From contig NMRA01000217.1 of assembly GCA_002633005.1 (NCBI GenBank), positions 62,001-126,000 on the forward strand: a DNA stretch of 64,000 nt. Reading direction: 5' to 3'. A program made the position numbers and the translations under genes. The DNA is from Phoronis australis (lineage: Eukaryota; Animalia; Phoronida). Under the pieces are notes generated by a model, which was not told the origin of the DNA, ran no database searches, and worked only from the letters and a program-made list of their open reading frames with translations. Shown here piece by piece: positions 25,673-37,774 of the stretch (position 1 is the stretch's first letter; every line of letters starts with the position of its first letter).

Positions 25673-27139
25673 CTTGAGTGAGTGTGCGCCCTGTTTCGCA
25701 TCTGATGTCAGGCCATGCGTAGACGCTGGGGAAGAAACAAAGTATGGTTAATCCTTATTAAGTAACTGCTGGGACCACGCTCGTGTACACGTACATGCGT
25801 ACCGTAAAAGAGTTATCAACGGACTACCGATCGCTATACGCATGACAAAACCATGGGCGGGTGAAGTCGTTTCCAATGCCACGCAGGATTAGTCCATTGT
25901 ACAATGGAGGGTCTACCGATAAACGATATTGAATGGAAAGGAAGCGTTAAATTGACCAACAGTTGGACGTTGGAGCTTATCTCATCTGGTAGATGAAGGT
26001 TTGGTGATAATCAACAGACTTAATGATTGTTTCGGCACACTAAGAAGCATTGCATATAGCTTACTGACGAATGTCCACTCGTCGCCTCTGAATGTAAGGG
26101 AAGCAGACGATCACTCTCTAGCGGAACTGCTCAACAGATTTACTTTTCGTTTGACGAAATAAAGTTTATTAAACGATGTGTGAGGAGGAACCGTTACCCG
26201 TGAATAATCATCAGTGAATTGGATAAACACGAACTTCCAAAATTGTAAATATGGTTACATCTCTTTCGTTTTTTGTTCTCAATACGCAAATTATTGGTCA
26301 TCTGATAAAAAGTTGTAAACTTTCCATAAGAAGGCCAGGCGATTTTCATCATGCAGTTAAATAAATTGCACTAAAGAGGAATAAAATTTAACGCAGTTGC
26401 AAGATCAAAGTACAACAAAAAAGTTTGAGGTATGTCGGAGATTGTTGGGCTTTTTGGTTTCACTGGTATATTTTCGCTCAGAAGTTATCGCCAGGTCTGG
26501 GCGATAACTATTGGTTGGCAACATACACAAACAAGGTCGGCCAGCCACACGCCAAGTAGAATTGATGGACCAACTGTGAGAGATTCTCCGTTGTATCGGA
26601 ATTTTAACTGCGGAAGCAGAAGGCCTTGTAAAATGCAGTAACAATAGCAATGTCGTTTCAAAGTCCAGAAAGACCATTTGTGCTTCCCCATGACAACTAA
26701 AATTATGCAATGTACAATTTGCACCTTCTGAGAACTTCACCTTTTTCCTTACTCAAAATAAAATGACCTCTGGTCTTGTGAAGAGCTGATAATTCCCGTC
26801 TGCGTCAGGCCATCTCACTAACGAGTCACGTCATTTCCTGCTGTCCACCGATGTTCTGTCACACGTTCCAATGCTGTACTTCGCGAACGTTGGACGTTTT
26901 CGTGCTTTATATGCAAACGTAGTGACCATAAATATAAAAACTGTCCTGTGTGATATGAAGACCAGGGAGACAATGAACACGTGACTTACCAGGAAACCGG
27001 CTTAACCCCGGAACTGTGATCTGACTACGGAATCGGTATAATATTGAACCTGACACCCTGTGGCAAATGTGCAAGTTTCCAAAAACATTAAAAATCTTGA
27101 CAAAGACATTTCGGATTTTCTTTCAGATATCCGGTCACG

Positions 27140-27300
27140 GAATGCCGATTTAGGTCACCTAAACCTAAACTCATTTGCTATTAAATTTGATGATATAGTT
27201 GAACTTGTTTTAAATACATTTGACGCAGTGTTTCTAGGTGAGACTACGTTATATAGTCCATTCCCGTCTTCGAAGTTTGAAATATGTGAGTATCATAGCA
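27140..27300 (+). pseudogene. LINE apurinic-endonuclease N-terminal fragment
   Basis: GHLNLNSF..KFDD...FDAVFLGETTL.SPFP..KFEI resembles the APE domain start of CR1/L2 elements. Confidence 0.6.
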
Positions 27301-27709
27301 TACCCAGCAGGCATTGCAAAAGTGTTTCAACGTTGAAATAACGTCAACACGTCGGCTGACGATATACCGTCTTCAAAGCAGGTTTTTGAAAATCCAGAAG
27401 TTGAGCATACAAACTACGCTTTTGCCACCTGTTGCGAATTCACAAACCTTTGCCTTGAAGCACCAAATGGATTTATTTACAACATTCTGGATGTAATTGG
27501 GATTTCGTTTACTTGAGATGACCCTAGTATATTTCACATGTGCAGGTTAGTCGTACCACAGACTATAGAACGTTTGTGTTCCATAATCTATGACCGCATT
27601 GCATTATCTCTACCGTACTGCGAAGGCAGACGAAATTGATATTGGTTAGGGACAATCAACTGCAAAATATCGTGAAACATATCGACGGAATGTGTTCCTC
27701 AACAGTTTG

Positions 27710-28013
27710 CACGGGCGGATCCAGGATTTAGAGTTTGGGGGGCCAGGGTACAGGAATAACCAGAATTTTGGCAGATGCGCTAAATTGTGGGGATGCGAAT
27801 TTTGGGTTTGCGGACCTGTTGATTAAAAAAAACGGTAAACGGGGTTTGTTCAGGGCCTATGCGTTGTTTATTCACTTTATTCACCCCCCCCCCCGAGCCC
27901 CCTTGGTTGCGCGCATGTGCTAGTCAGCAATTCGCATCCGAACTCCCAAATGGTATCTGGTACAATTTTAGGGGGGCCATGGTCCCCTTGGCTTCCCCCT
28001 AAATGCGCCACTG
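27710..28013. mobile_element. GC-rich hAT-like MITE with 5-bp TSD GTTTG
   Basis: gtttg|cacgggcggatcc ... tgcgccactg|gtttg. Confidence 0.7.
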
Positions 28014-28215
28014 GTTTGCAGTAATGATAGTCGTAAACTTTGGTTATTAAAACTATAAGTCCAACCTTAAGCCAACTCCTTAGGTCTTAGCTTAGACCGA
28101 TTTCAGTATGGTCTAAGAAATTTCTTGAAACGGTGCTAAACATTTTGATCTTAAGTTAGCCCGATTTCGGTATCAGTATAGACTGAAAAAGTGTCATGAA
28201 AGGGAACCAGATCAG

Positions 28216-28457
28216 CATGCGCGCACCCAGGGGGGGGGGGNNNNNNNNNNNNNNNNNNNNNNNNNNNNNNNNNNGGGGGGGGCTCGAACGAGCCTCCCAT
28301 TTGACGAAGTTCCGCCCCTGAGAGACAAATAATCGCAAACGCGCACTTCACAGTGGTGCTCCCGTTTATTTTTTTAGGCCGCCCGCTCTTTTGTTAGCAA
28401 AAGATCTACAACGTCAGGAATTCGAGCCCCCCATACTAAAGGCTGGGTGCGCGCATG
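28216..28457. mobile_element. hAT-like MITE with 5-bp TSD ATCAG (contains N gap)
   Basis: atcag|catgcgcgcacccag ... ctgggtgcgcgcatg|atcag; perfect 15-bp TIR. Confidence 0.78.
28241..28273. other. Assembly gap (33 N) inside a poly-G run
   Basis: seen directly. Confidence 0.98.
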
Positions 28458-30468
28458 ATCAGAAACATGATACACGGTGGTGATGGCTTAAGAATTGAAT
28501 GAGACGTCCCTCCCCTTTTTATGACTGGCGCCACCTTGAAACAAACTCTTAACCGGGAGTAGATGAAATGTTTTTGTGTGCATTATGTATATGAGGCCCA
28601 TTTCATGAAGCTTTTTTATCTTAACCTAGACCGAAATCTTAGCCCTGTGGCCAAATGATAGGACTATTATCACTTACCACATCTATTTACATGAGAAACG
28701 TCCTGTATTTGACAACCCCCGTCGTGCAAAAGTGGAATACTTTGAAATCAATTACTGATGTTTTAAAAAAACTGACAATGCATAAAGCACAGCATCTGAA
28801 ATTGCCACAAGAATCTGATTTGCTATTTGTAAGATGATGTTCCGAAATGAGCCACATTTGGACATTTCTCTAGGTCCTACATAACCTTAAACCGTTTGAG
28901 CAGAGGTATCAAATTGATTGCAAATGTAACCTAATCTGGCCATTACCTAGATCGATATAGATCGATTTCTTACCTGAAGATATGAACTTTTGTCTAAAAT
29001 AGTTTCGCACTGTTATAAGCTGCAGGATAGGTACTGCGTGCGCACGTCACAGTACAGTAGTTCTTGAGTGAAATTGGGACGAAAGGTTATAAAATCTAAG
29101 ATAGAAGGGTAATAAAGCAATAACAACGATTACTTGAGTCTACTTCACAGCAACATAAATAATTCAGGAGTACTGTACCTACCTGTAATTGGGCACGTTC
29201 CCGTACCTTTTCGGGCAAACCATTTTGGTTCATTTCAGACTCTCGTGTATTTTAGTTAAATACGAAAGCCGGACAATTTTAAAGATCGTCAATTTCAAGT
29301 GTTGTTCTAATTCAAAAATATTAAATTTTCTACATACCGGTAAGTCTCCTTTATGGCACCTAATATGTCGTCTGGTGTTATTCAACGTTGATTAAAATCT
29401 GATATATCCCAACGTCTGATGGGTTAAAAGGGTTAGTTAACACTTAACTTATCAAAAAACTTCCCATAGTAAGTTACCAACCAGTTTCCACAACACACAT
29501 ATAAGGTGCATTTATGCACCTATGATGTAAATTTTTTTAATACATTTATTTACCCAGAAATAATATTATTAAGGATTAGTGGATATGGCTGAGGTTGGGT
29601 AGCTCCAGCTACATATCTTTACAACATAAAAGCAATACATCATACGGAACAAATAAGTATTTTGAAAAGAAGTCATAGTGAGTGGGCGGATAATTAGCAT
29701 GAGCTTATTATAGAAGGGGGCGAGTAGAGAAGGGGAGGAGACATTCCTACACTCATTCACACTCACATTCACTCGATTCAATTAACTTACATTATATTTG
29801 CATTTAGATAGAAGTATCTTTATGAAAAGGTCAAATTTCTTACAATCAGACAAAGCAGTGGTTAAAAAGTAACATCGTATATTGTTTTAATCACTTTAAA
29901 GATGCCTGCAAAACCCTCCAGGGTTCTAAGTTTTACCCGAGGCGTTAAGTATTATAAGGTTCACTGCGTTAAAAAGTATACATTTGAAATTATTAAAATA
30001 TGGTGATGCACAATTAATTATTTCATGAGAACTTAGGCAGGGTAGGCTGACTAGTCACTTTCGTTAATGTTTCGGATATAAGGAACATTAACTTGCCATC
30101 TGAAGAGCAGCTAAATGCATTATGTTCACACTCCATTACAATTAATAGAGTATCAGTTTGCACTAATCTAAAAACAAGCACTTTTATTACCTGTCGACGA
30201 CCAGGCCAAAAATGTCGCAGCTAGACAGCTTTCGTAAAAGCGTTGGGTTTTTAATGAAGTCCAACAGTTTTCGTGATTACTGCATTTGTCTGTTGTAACC
30301 TGACTGCCGATTTGTTTCTTACACGAATCTTATTAGCCTCTGCCACAGCGCCACCTATATGGAAATGTTGCCTTGTGAAATGATTAACGATACACCGACG
30401 GAATTCCGTGTGCTGGGATCAATGTCCGTGTCATGTCTTGGTTTGAACGTTTGTGATATAGAATATTA

Positions 30469-31175
30469 GACAGGAATGAGACGGAAAAGTATAGTGAATC
30501 GAACTGTTGTTTTGTTTGACGCCTTGTACTCTTATGAATACCAAAATTAGTCTCAGTGTTCTTGTAGCTCGTTGGTTCCCTACGGGCCTAGCCTCGCTGG
30601 TTCCCTGCGTGCCGCTAGGTGGTAGCCAGCACGCAGGTATCACTTAATTTTCCTCGGGAAATTTTTTACCCCGGCGTTTCTGATTGGCTGGTCGAATTCT
30701 TAACAGGTTGCGCTTTGTGCAAACAAACTGGCATGACTGATGGAGGAAGTGTAAATGTGGTCTGTAATACAGAAAAATCGGTGCTTGAAATTTATGTTCA
30801 GGAAATGTGAATCCCAGAAATTGTGGTTGCGCCTTTAAGTAGTGCATCTTTCTACTGTCGATGACTATTGTTTACGATCTTGTCCTGTATTCATACAGCA
30901 TGAATAACACACCACGGTTAAATCGGCCAGATATGTGTTCATTGCACATGTATGTGCTTCAAGCACACGGCTAATAAACATTGCGGCAAAAACGAAATAG
31001 TTGTTGGCTACGCCACTTGCATGACAAGGCTAAAAATGGTTCATGGTCCGCCATTTTTTTCACGTTAATTATTGTAAAGCTAACCAATGACTGCTGAGGT
31101 TACATCAACCAATGCTAAAGCGGGTGCTACTGCGTGAGACCTGCGTGCTGGCTAGGCACGTAGGGAACCTGCGAG
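30469..31175. mobile_element. MITE family A plus ~120-bp shared flank, inverted relative to 22406-23077
   Basis: near-identical reverse complement; ORF track shows the same spurious peptide MIPACWLPP on both strands. Confidence 0.8.
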
Positions 31176-32416
31176 CGTGCCTGCTGGCTACCACCTAAGC
31201 GGCAACCTGACCGCAAGCCATAAAAGCATTAATTTTTTAATATCAACATCAACCAATAGGAATGTTTGGTTATCATTTTCAACCAATCAGAGTGTTCAAA
31301 TCATGGTTACGTTCTGTTGGAAAATTAATTCTGAAATCAATGCCAATAAACTGCGCAAGCTTTTGTTGGCGTAATTGGCCCCTTACATTGTTCACGACAA
31401 TTGTTTTCAGGTTTGGCACATCCTGGGAAAGACTGTTGGAACTGCCAATTGGTTTTCAGGCCCAAAATCAGCAATAACTGTTGAGTGTCACCTTACATGT
31501 ATCAGTTGTAGTTGTAATTAGCTGAAATATATTGTTTAACATAAATTTCGAACTATTAATCGAGCTCCGGATTTTGCCTGAGGGAGGGGATGGGTTGACG
31601 GAGAGGTTTCGAGAAAGCTTTTATACAGACACAACACTACCCAGCTCTAGTTTTCTTGTGATGACTTCGTTATATGTGAAGACGAGCTAAGGAGGGCAGT
31701 CTTTCCTCACTCAGGTGCTCATATGAAGGGTCTCAATCTTCTCGGGGCTCTGGCGTTGCGTTAGCTTTTGGCAACTCGTTACTGGGAGTGTGCATGTTAA
31801 AAGATCACACGGGTATTCATGGGCGGAGCACCATAGAGGGCTGGGGGATTCTGAGCTCCCATTTATTTCATTGCTCCGTAACACATGGTGACAGGGCGGC
31901 GAACCATATGGCCTGACTGAGGCTGAATCGCGTTCAATGGGAAGCTATTTTCGATCAGCACTGTATTGATAGTTTAACGACGCTGACAGTTTCGACGATC
32001 ATTCCTCTTCGGACACTCTCAAGAAGTTAAATATAACCAAGCAAAACCTTCGTTGCTAAGTTACTGAATGTCATTTCTGTGATAAATTATGAGCCAGAGT
32101 AGAACAAAGCCGTCTAGTCTCTGCTATGGTATTAGTTGTCGTCGTGTGTGTGCTTAACTTCCCTTGCACGATTTGCATTGCTTATCTCTCTACCTACATC
32201 CGATCCGGAAGACATTACCATCTTCCTGATTCGAATGACACACGAACCTAATAATGCCTGCATACGCCGTAAACGAATGTGACAGACATGACGTCTCCAG
32301 TAGGATCTCGCACGCAAGACAAAGCCACAAGAACTGCCACAGCACGTATTATGGATGAAGTTGAAATCTGAGTGCATGCGCCCCTTGTGTTCACGCCAGA
32401 ATTCAGATTGGCTTAA

Positions 32417-34644
32417 AGGAGAAAGACCCCCAAAAAACAACTTATTCTGAATCAATTTAGATCGAGTAGTTCCACACGATAACAGCAAGTACGGTTCTTT
32501 TACCTGACACATGACGGCAGACGGAGGCAAACACTGAATTAGCATGCGCTCACACGGCCAACATGTGGAGAATTTCTCGCTTACATTGGTGGACGCTCTG
32601 ATTCCCTAAGCCCCAATCAACTTTTGCGATGCCTATTCAGCACGCCCTTTGTGGTGAAATAGATCTGAGCTAATGAAGTGGAAAGGTAATTGGTAGCATT
32701 ACTGTCTCAACAATGGTTGTTGTTAGTACCCCCAATTTGGTTTTCTCTGACATGTGCAGAGTTAATACCTGCAGCTCTGGAGAGTAGTTTTAACTTGGTA
32801 CATTATAAATATTACAAAATGACTAAAAAGGTTAACTTGTGTTTACATTCACAAAGGGCCAGCTTCCAAAAGAAAGATAAGTTTCATATTGGTTTTCTTT
32901 GTTTCATTTTAATACTTCTGCCCACTTGTTTTTTTATGTTACCGGGAACGGGTTGATAACTTTTTATCTAAGTTTTGAACTTGAAGTACCAAAACAGTGG
33001 TAGATTTTGATCACCAGCTTAACTTAAATAGTTAAGTTAAACAATGAATCCATGTGATATTGTTAACTCTTCTCAGCGTTTGTATATCCACAGAGTATAT
33101 CAACACGCGCGGTAGTAGATCTTCAATCGTACCCAACGGTTGTAGTTTTTAGATTATTAGTTCATCGATTTTAGTTAAAATCGAAAACCGTAATTGGTTG
33201 TTTTTTTCCAGCTGAATACCGCCGTGGAGTTCGTTTATAACGAAAATTAGTGGTTAATGCATTTTGAAAATTAATTCGCCATTAGGACAGTCAGAGATGT
33301 CTACTACAGCTTATGGTCGGATAATTACATTTAATTGGGTCTTGCTCCAGTCGGGCAATGCGGTCATCACAATTGTACCTGAATCCGGCGCCCCGCGCTC
33401 TCTTTGATCCTGGTACAAGCCGCTCAGAAGGACGAGCGGTGAAAATGCCAGCATATCTTTAAAAATGCGTGACTTCCTTGTAAGCGTATTATTCAGGGCA
33501 TGAAGTTGCCCTGTCAATTAGTTTATTGCATCTTTGATTCAGTTTCGTATAAGCATCGGTTAGGGTGAGAATAATTCATTTTGAAACGCACGATAATAAA
33601 CGTCAAGCGTGGCAACTCGCAATCCCGACTTAGACGAGTGCTCATCCCACGGAGACTTTACAGGTCGATGGGTAGGTTTTACAAGCTGTCAGTTCGAACC
33701 GGAATTCACTGATCAAGAAATACAAGAAAGGCGCCGTGAACGTGCACAGACAACGGAACACATGGATAGTTCCGAAAACCCTTTGAATGATTCGTCATAG
33801 AGTCGGTTTGCTAACTTCACGATAATGGAAACAACTGACGATTGCGTTTGCTGCCACGAAATTCCGCAAGTGAAATGCCTTCTTGTAGAAGCGTAGATGT
33901 GTCTCACGGACCATCCTGATTTTTCACAGCATCTAAACAGAAGTCTGCTTACGACGTTTTTGGGACTGGGAAAAAGAACTGGCGAAAACATCCTACACCC
34001 AGAGGTGCAAACAGAAGCCTGACGAACGAGTAAGTTATATAAAACGTTATGTTCTCATGCTTTGAATTAATTGTAATTGTTTATGTTTCCATGACCAACT
34101 ACAATTCTTCATAATCAAAAACTGAGCAACAACCTATCCAAGTTGTTTTGTTTCCTGCCTACAGAACGCAAACACACTTGGCTCAACATCTGACTTCATC
34201 GTCAGTCTCTTTTTGTGCCCTGGCATGAGTTGTTTGGTAAGCCGGGATTCGAACGTCAGTGAAATCGCTGTAGTCGATATGCAGGCCACAGACAGGGCGT
34301 GAGAAGTTTCACGACCTCATACTTAATTGGTATCACAGCGTAGTTTTCATTCTTCACTACCGCGAACCATTTCTGAAGCATTGAGGGCTCTCGAGGAAAT
34401 AGAAAAAAATGATATACCTGCTTTTTTCGCAGCTTCATAGTTCGGACAAGTGGGCACGATTTACCGCAATATAGCGTCATTCAGGCTGCAGACGAACCAC
34501 TGACGTCGCTGCGACGTTTCTCACCTTCCTCACAGGTTAATGCGACACCTCTCAGCGATGTGAGATCGACCGCATACGAGGTGATGTGGATATAGACCGA
34601 TTGAGACGGTAAAAAAGACTAAGTAAATTGGGTGGCATTCTCCT
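32417..34644. mobile_element. Kolobok deletion derivative, 2.2 kb
   Basis: TTAA|aggagaaagacccc ... gggtggcattctcct|TTAA; KolX-like remnant on + at 33609-34030 (FEPEF, DCVCCHEIP..CLTDHPDF); THAP remnant on - at ~34480-34160 (QKWF..VKN; RLTMKSDVEPSVF). Confidence 0.85.
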
Positions 34645-35907
34645 TTAACAGCATCGGCAGAAACTTCGAACTAAAGATTTTGAGCTCCAGTTATTGTTTA
34701 CATTTGGTGCTGGTAGTCTTGATTTATAAGTTCAGTTATTTCTGCAAGCTAGCCTCTTGTGCTCAGATTTACAATGGATTAGAAACTACATGTAGTTCAA
34801 GACACAGTTTGTTGGACAGTCTTTTATGGTGTGAGGGTTTTAGCATGCTGTTTCTTGAATTTATAATTTTGACTGCTTCATCACTCAAGTCAAAAATACT
34901 TCCATGGGAAACCTTTCGACCTACCTGAATACATGTAGCTGCGGTTGTTTATCAATTCAAATTGTTTACATATTGTATGCAAATAATGTCCAGTGATGCT
35001 AAAAATTTCCATCCTGCATGAAATTGCCTCGGTGGAATTGTTTCAGCTCAGGAGACATGTTTTCCACCTGTGAAGTAAACGTCCCCACGAAAAGAATGAT
35101 TTTTACACCTGGCGGATGGTAAAGGGATAAAACCGGAAATTCCCAAAATATAATTGCTTTGAATTTCATATTTTACATGAGCCACACCGTAATCAGTCTA
35201 CGAATGTTTAAATATTAGAAATTATACCACATTATCAGCCTGACATGGTCAACACAACCGTTAAATAACCCATTTGATTATTCAACGCTTGTTGAATAAC
35301 ATTTTGGCGGCAAACTGCTTCGCAAGAGTTTTGAGTAGTCGACTTAACCGCTGCGCCACTCAGCAGCTGATGTCATTGAACGTGAAAATTGAATACAAAT
35401 GAGCACGCGCAATAATCGCATGTCCATCAAACGGCATTGTACCGACATTTATACGCTATGAAAAATAAGACGCACAATTTCGATAAAAAGGACATCTTTA
35501 GTTCAGTAAAATTTATCTGTAATTTTCTCTAATCTGTAAATCATCTATTTCCAGTTTGAATGCGGGTAACGTGTCGTCGGGATCCTTTGACTTGTACATT
35601 ATACTCAGTAACCATTGGTAACCTACTTAAGCAGACGATATTTTCAGGAAGGAAACTTAACATGATAAGTTGTGTAGTAAAAGTTAGACTAGTAGGTTAT
35701 AACTTATTTTACAGAATCACTATATTTCTATTTTGTTTTAATTTTCAATTAGTTTTAAGTAAAAACATTATTTTACCAAGAATAACTTGGCGTTTCTTAA
35801 AAGGGACCTCCGACCCCGGGCCTCTGACATAGAAAGTAGTTACAAAAGCCGAGGCGAGTCGAGAAAGGTAGATTAATTCATGGCAATGTTTATCGTTCAG
35901 TATGTGA

Positions 35908-36059
35908 TATAAATAGATTATTACATTTTCTCAGTCGTTATCTCCCTTATCTAGAGCCCTAGTGGATTTTGTAGAAATGTCGCCTGACAATTCCCCAAAA
36001 TCCACTCGGGCACTAGATTACGTGGGATATCGATTTCGCCATGTAATAATCTATTTATG
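35908..36059. repeat. Imperfect ~150-bp palindrome (MITE-like)
   Basis: ataaatagattattacat ... atgtaataatctatttat; inner agtggattt / aaatccact. Confidence 0.7.
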
Positions 36060-37610
36060 TATTCTCTAGATTATGATAATGTGTATGTTAAGTGTCGAGG
36101 TTCCTGCCAGCCAGCTAACTGTATGACGACTTTTGTCTAACGTCAAACTACAGCTAAGAACCACTGTGTGTTAACCTCACATGCATATAGACCTCGAAAT
36201 TATCACACTGCCCGGTTAGTTCTGTTCGTCACCTCGTCGCAAAAACTTGTGACCTGTGAGACTGCATGACACGAAGCTGCAGAGGTCCATGCTAATATTT
36301 GCGGAGACTAGATCCCCTGTAGCTTTTATGGCATATGTCATCAGTCGATATACAAGAGTCAGGTTCGCATACCCAAACCGGATACATTAGCGCTGGACGT
36401 GCCTGTGGGCAATTTGATATATTTTACTCACTATGAAGTATGCTTTGATATCAATCAAAACTAATAAGTTTTGTTTCGACCTGTTCAGCATTTCCGTTAC
36501 ATTCACCAATATAGAACACAGGATGAGTTTCGTTTGTCGAGAGATATCACAGAAATATTAATATATTTTAGTTTTATATTTTTAAATTTAAAAACTTGGC
36601 GGCGCTTCTGAGAAAACCTAATTACACGTGGCGGCAGTGAATATCCATAATATGTTAGTCAGATGCCGTTCACTACGGCGGCCCTTTTAGGAGGTGGTGC
36701 ACCACCTAAGTAAAAGTTAAACTCAAAAAAAATTTACATCAAATTCAGATTTGACGGCATATGAAGGCTATATTAGTTCATGAGATTCAAATAAATGACA
36801 TGTATATGATGTTCTTGTATTTTAATCTAAATCTCGATTAATAGCGACATAAAACTCAATAGTCTTGCCTGGGTCAATTGCTTCGATACTGGGGTTACAT
36901 TCACTTAAATGTACATAGATGGATTGTACTGGACACGCCGCTCAGAGTTGTCACAGTGCTTGTCACGAACCTAATGCCATACAAAAGTGGGCCTTCCCCC
37001 ATCAAAATTCCTATCAAAAGGGTTCGCTGTATGAGGACTCATTTTGTAGGTTTCGTATTCTACTTTGTACTTAGTTTGGTTTAAAAACCCATCTGTTTGT
37101 ATACTGTATTTGAATTCAACACATAAGTATGAAGGGGTTATTTAGGCCTATGCTACATTTTGCGAAATGGTTACTTTTTCATTAAATCTCATTAAAATTT
37201 GTCTCTTTTAGTCGGACCATTTCTATAAAAGGACGGGTATTTATTGTTCTGATTCTGAACACTTGGACATCTGAGGTCACAGTTGAACATAGATGTCAAC
37301 AATTTTGTTATGCCGAGTATCGGCCCCATTCCACTCTCCAAAATATTTAAAATCACGTAAAAATACCTTCATCAGATCAAAACATTCCCCTCTGAACGAT
37401 AAAAATCCACTCATGGCTTTAACCTCAAACAACCCTAAAGTTTTCATACCCACTAACTTTAGTCACGAGACCGCAGGACACCAGAAACTTCAAAAACAAA
37501 AAAAATAAAAGTAAACCTCCGTGCACCTCAAAATGGCACACATACAAGTTCTACAAGAGTACAAATAGGAAGAGCCATGTGGCGGAACATAGACACATAC
37601 GGTACAGGAA

Positions 37611-37774
37611 AATATCATTTCACTGATGAAATTGCTGTGCACTGATACGCCGTAAAATGTAACAATTTCGTAAAATGTAACAATGACGTAAATTGTAACA
37701 GTTGTTACATTTTACGAAATTGTTACATTTTACGGCGTATCAGTGCACAGCAATTTCATCAGTGAAATGATATT
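37611..37774. repeat. Perfect inverted repeat, 73-bp arms, 18-nt spacer
   Basis: 37611-37683 is the exact reverse complement of 37702-37774. Confidence 0.92.

Noticed and set aside
34160-34260. tRNA B-box-like GTTCGAATCCC and hammerhead-like CTGACGA on the minus strand
   Set aside because: Explained as THAP coding remnant (TFESRLTKQ...RLTMKSDVEPSVF); no cloverleaf or ribozyme stems
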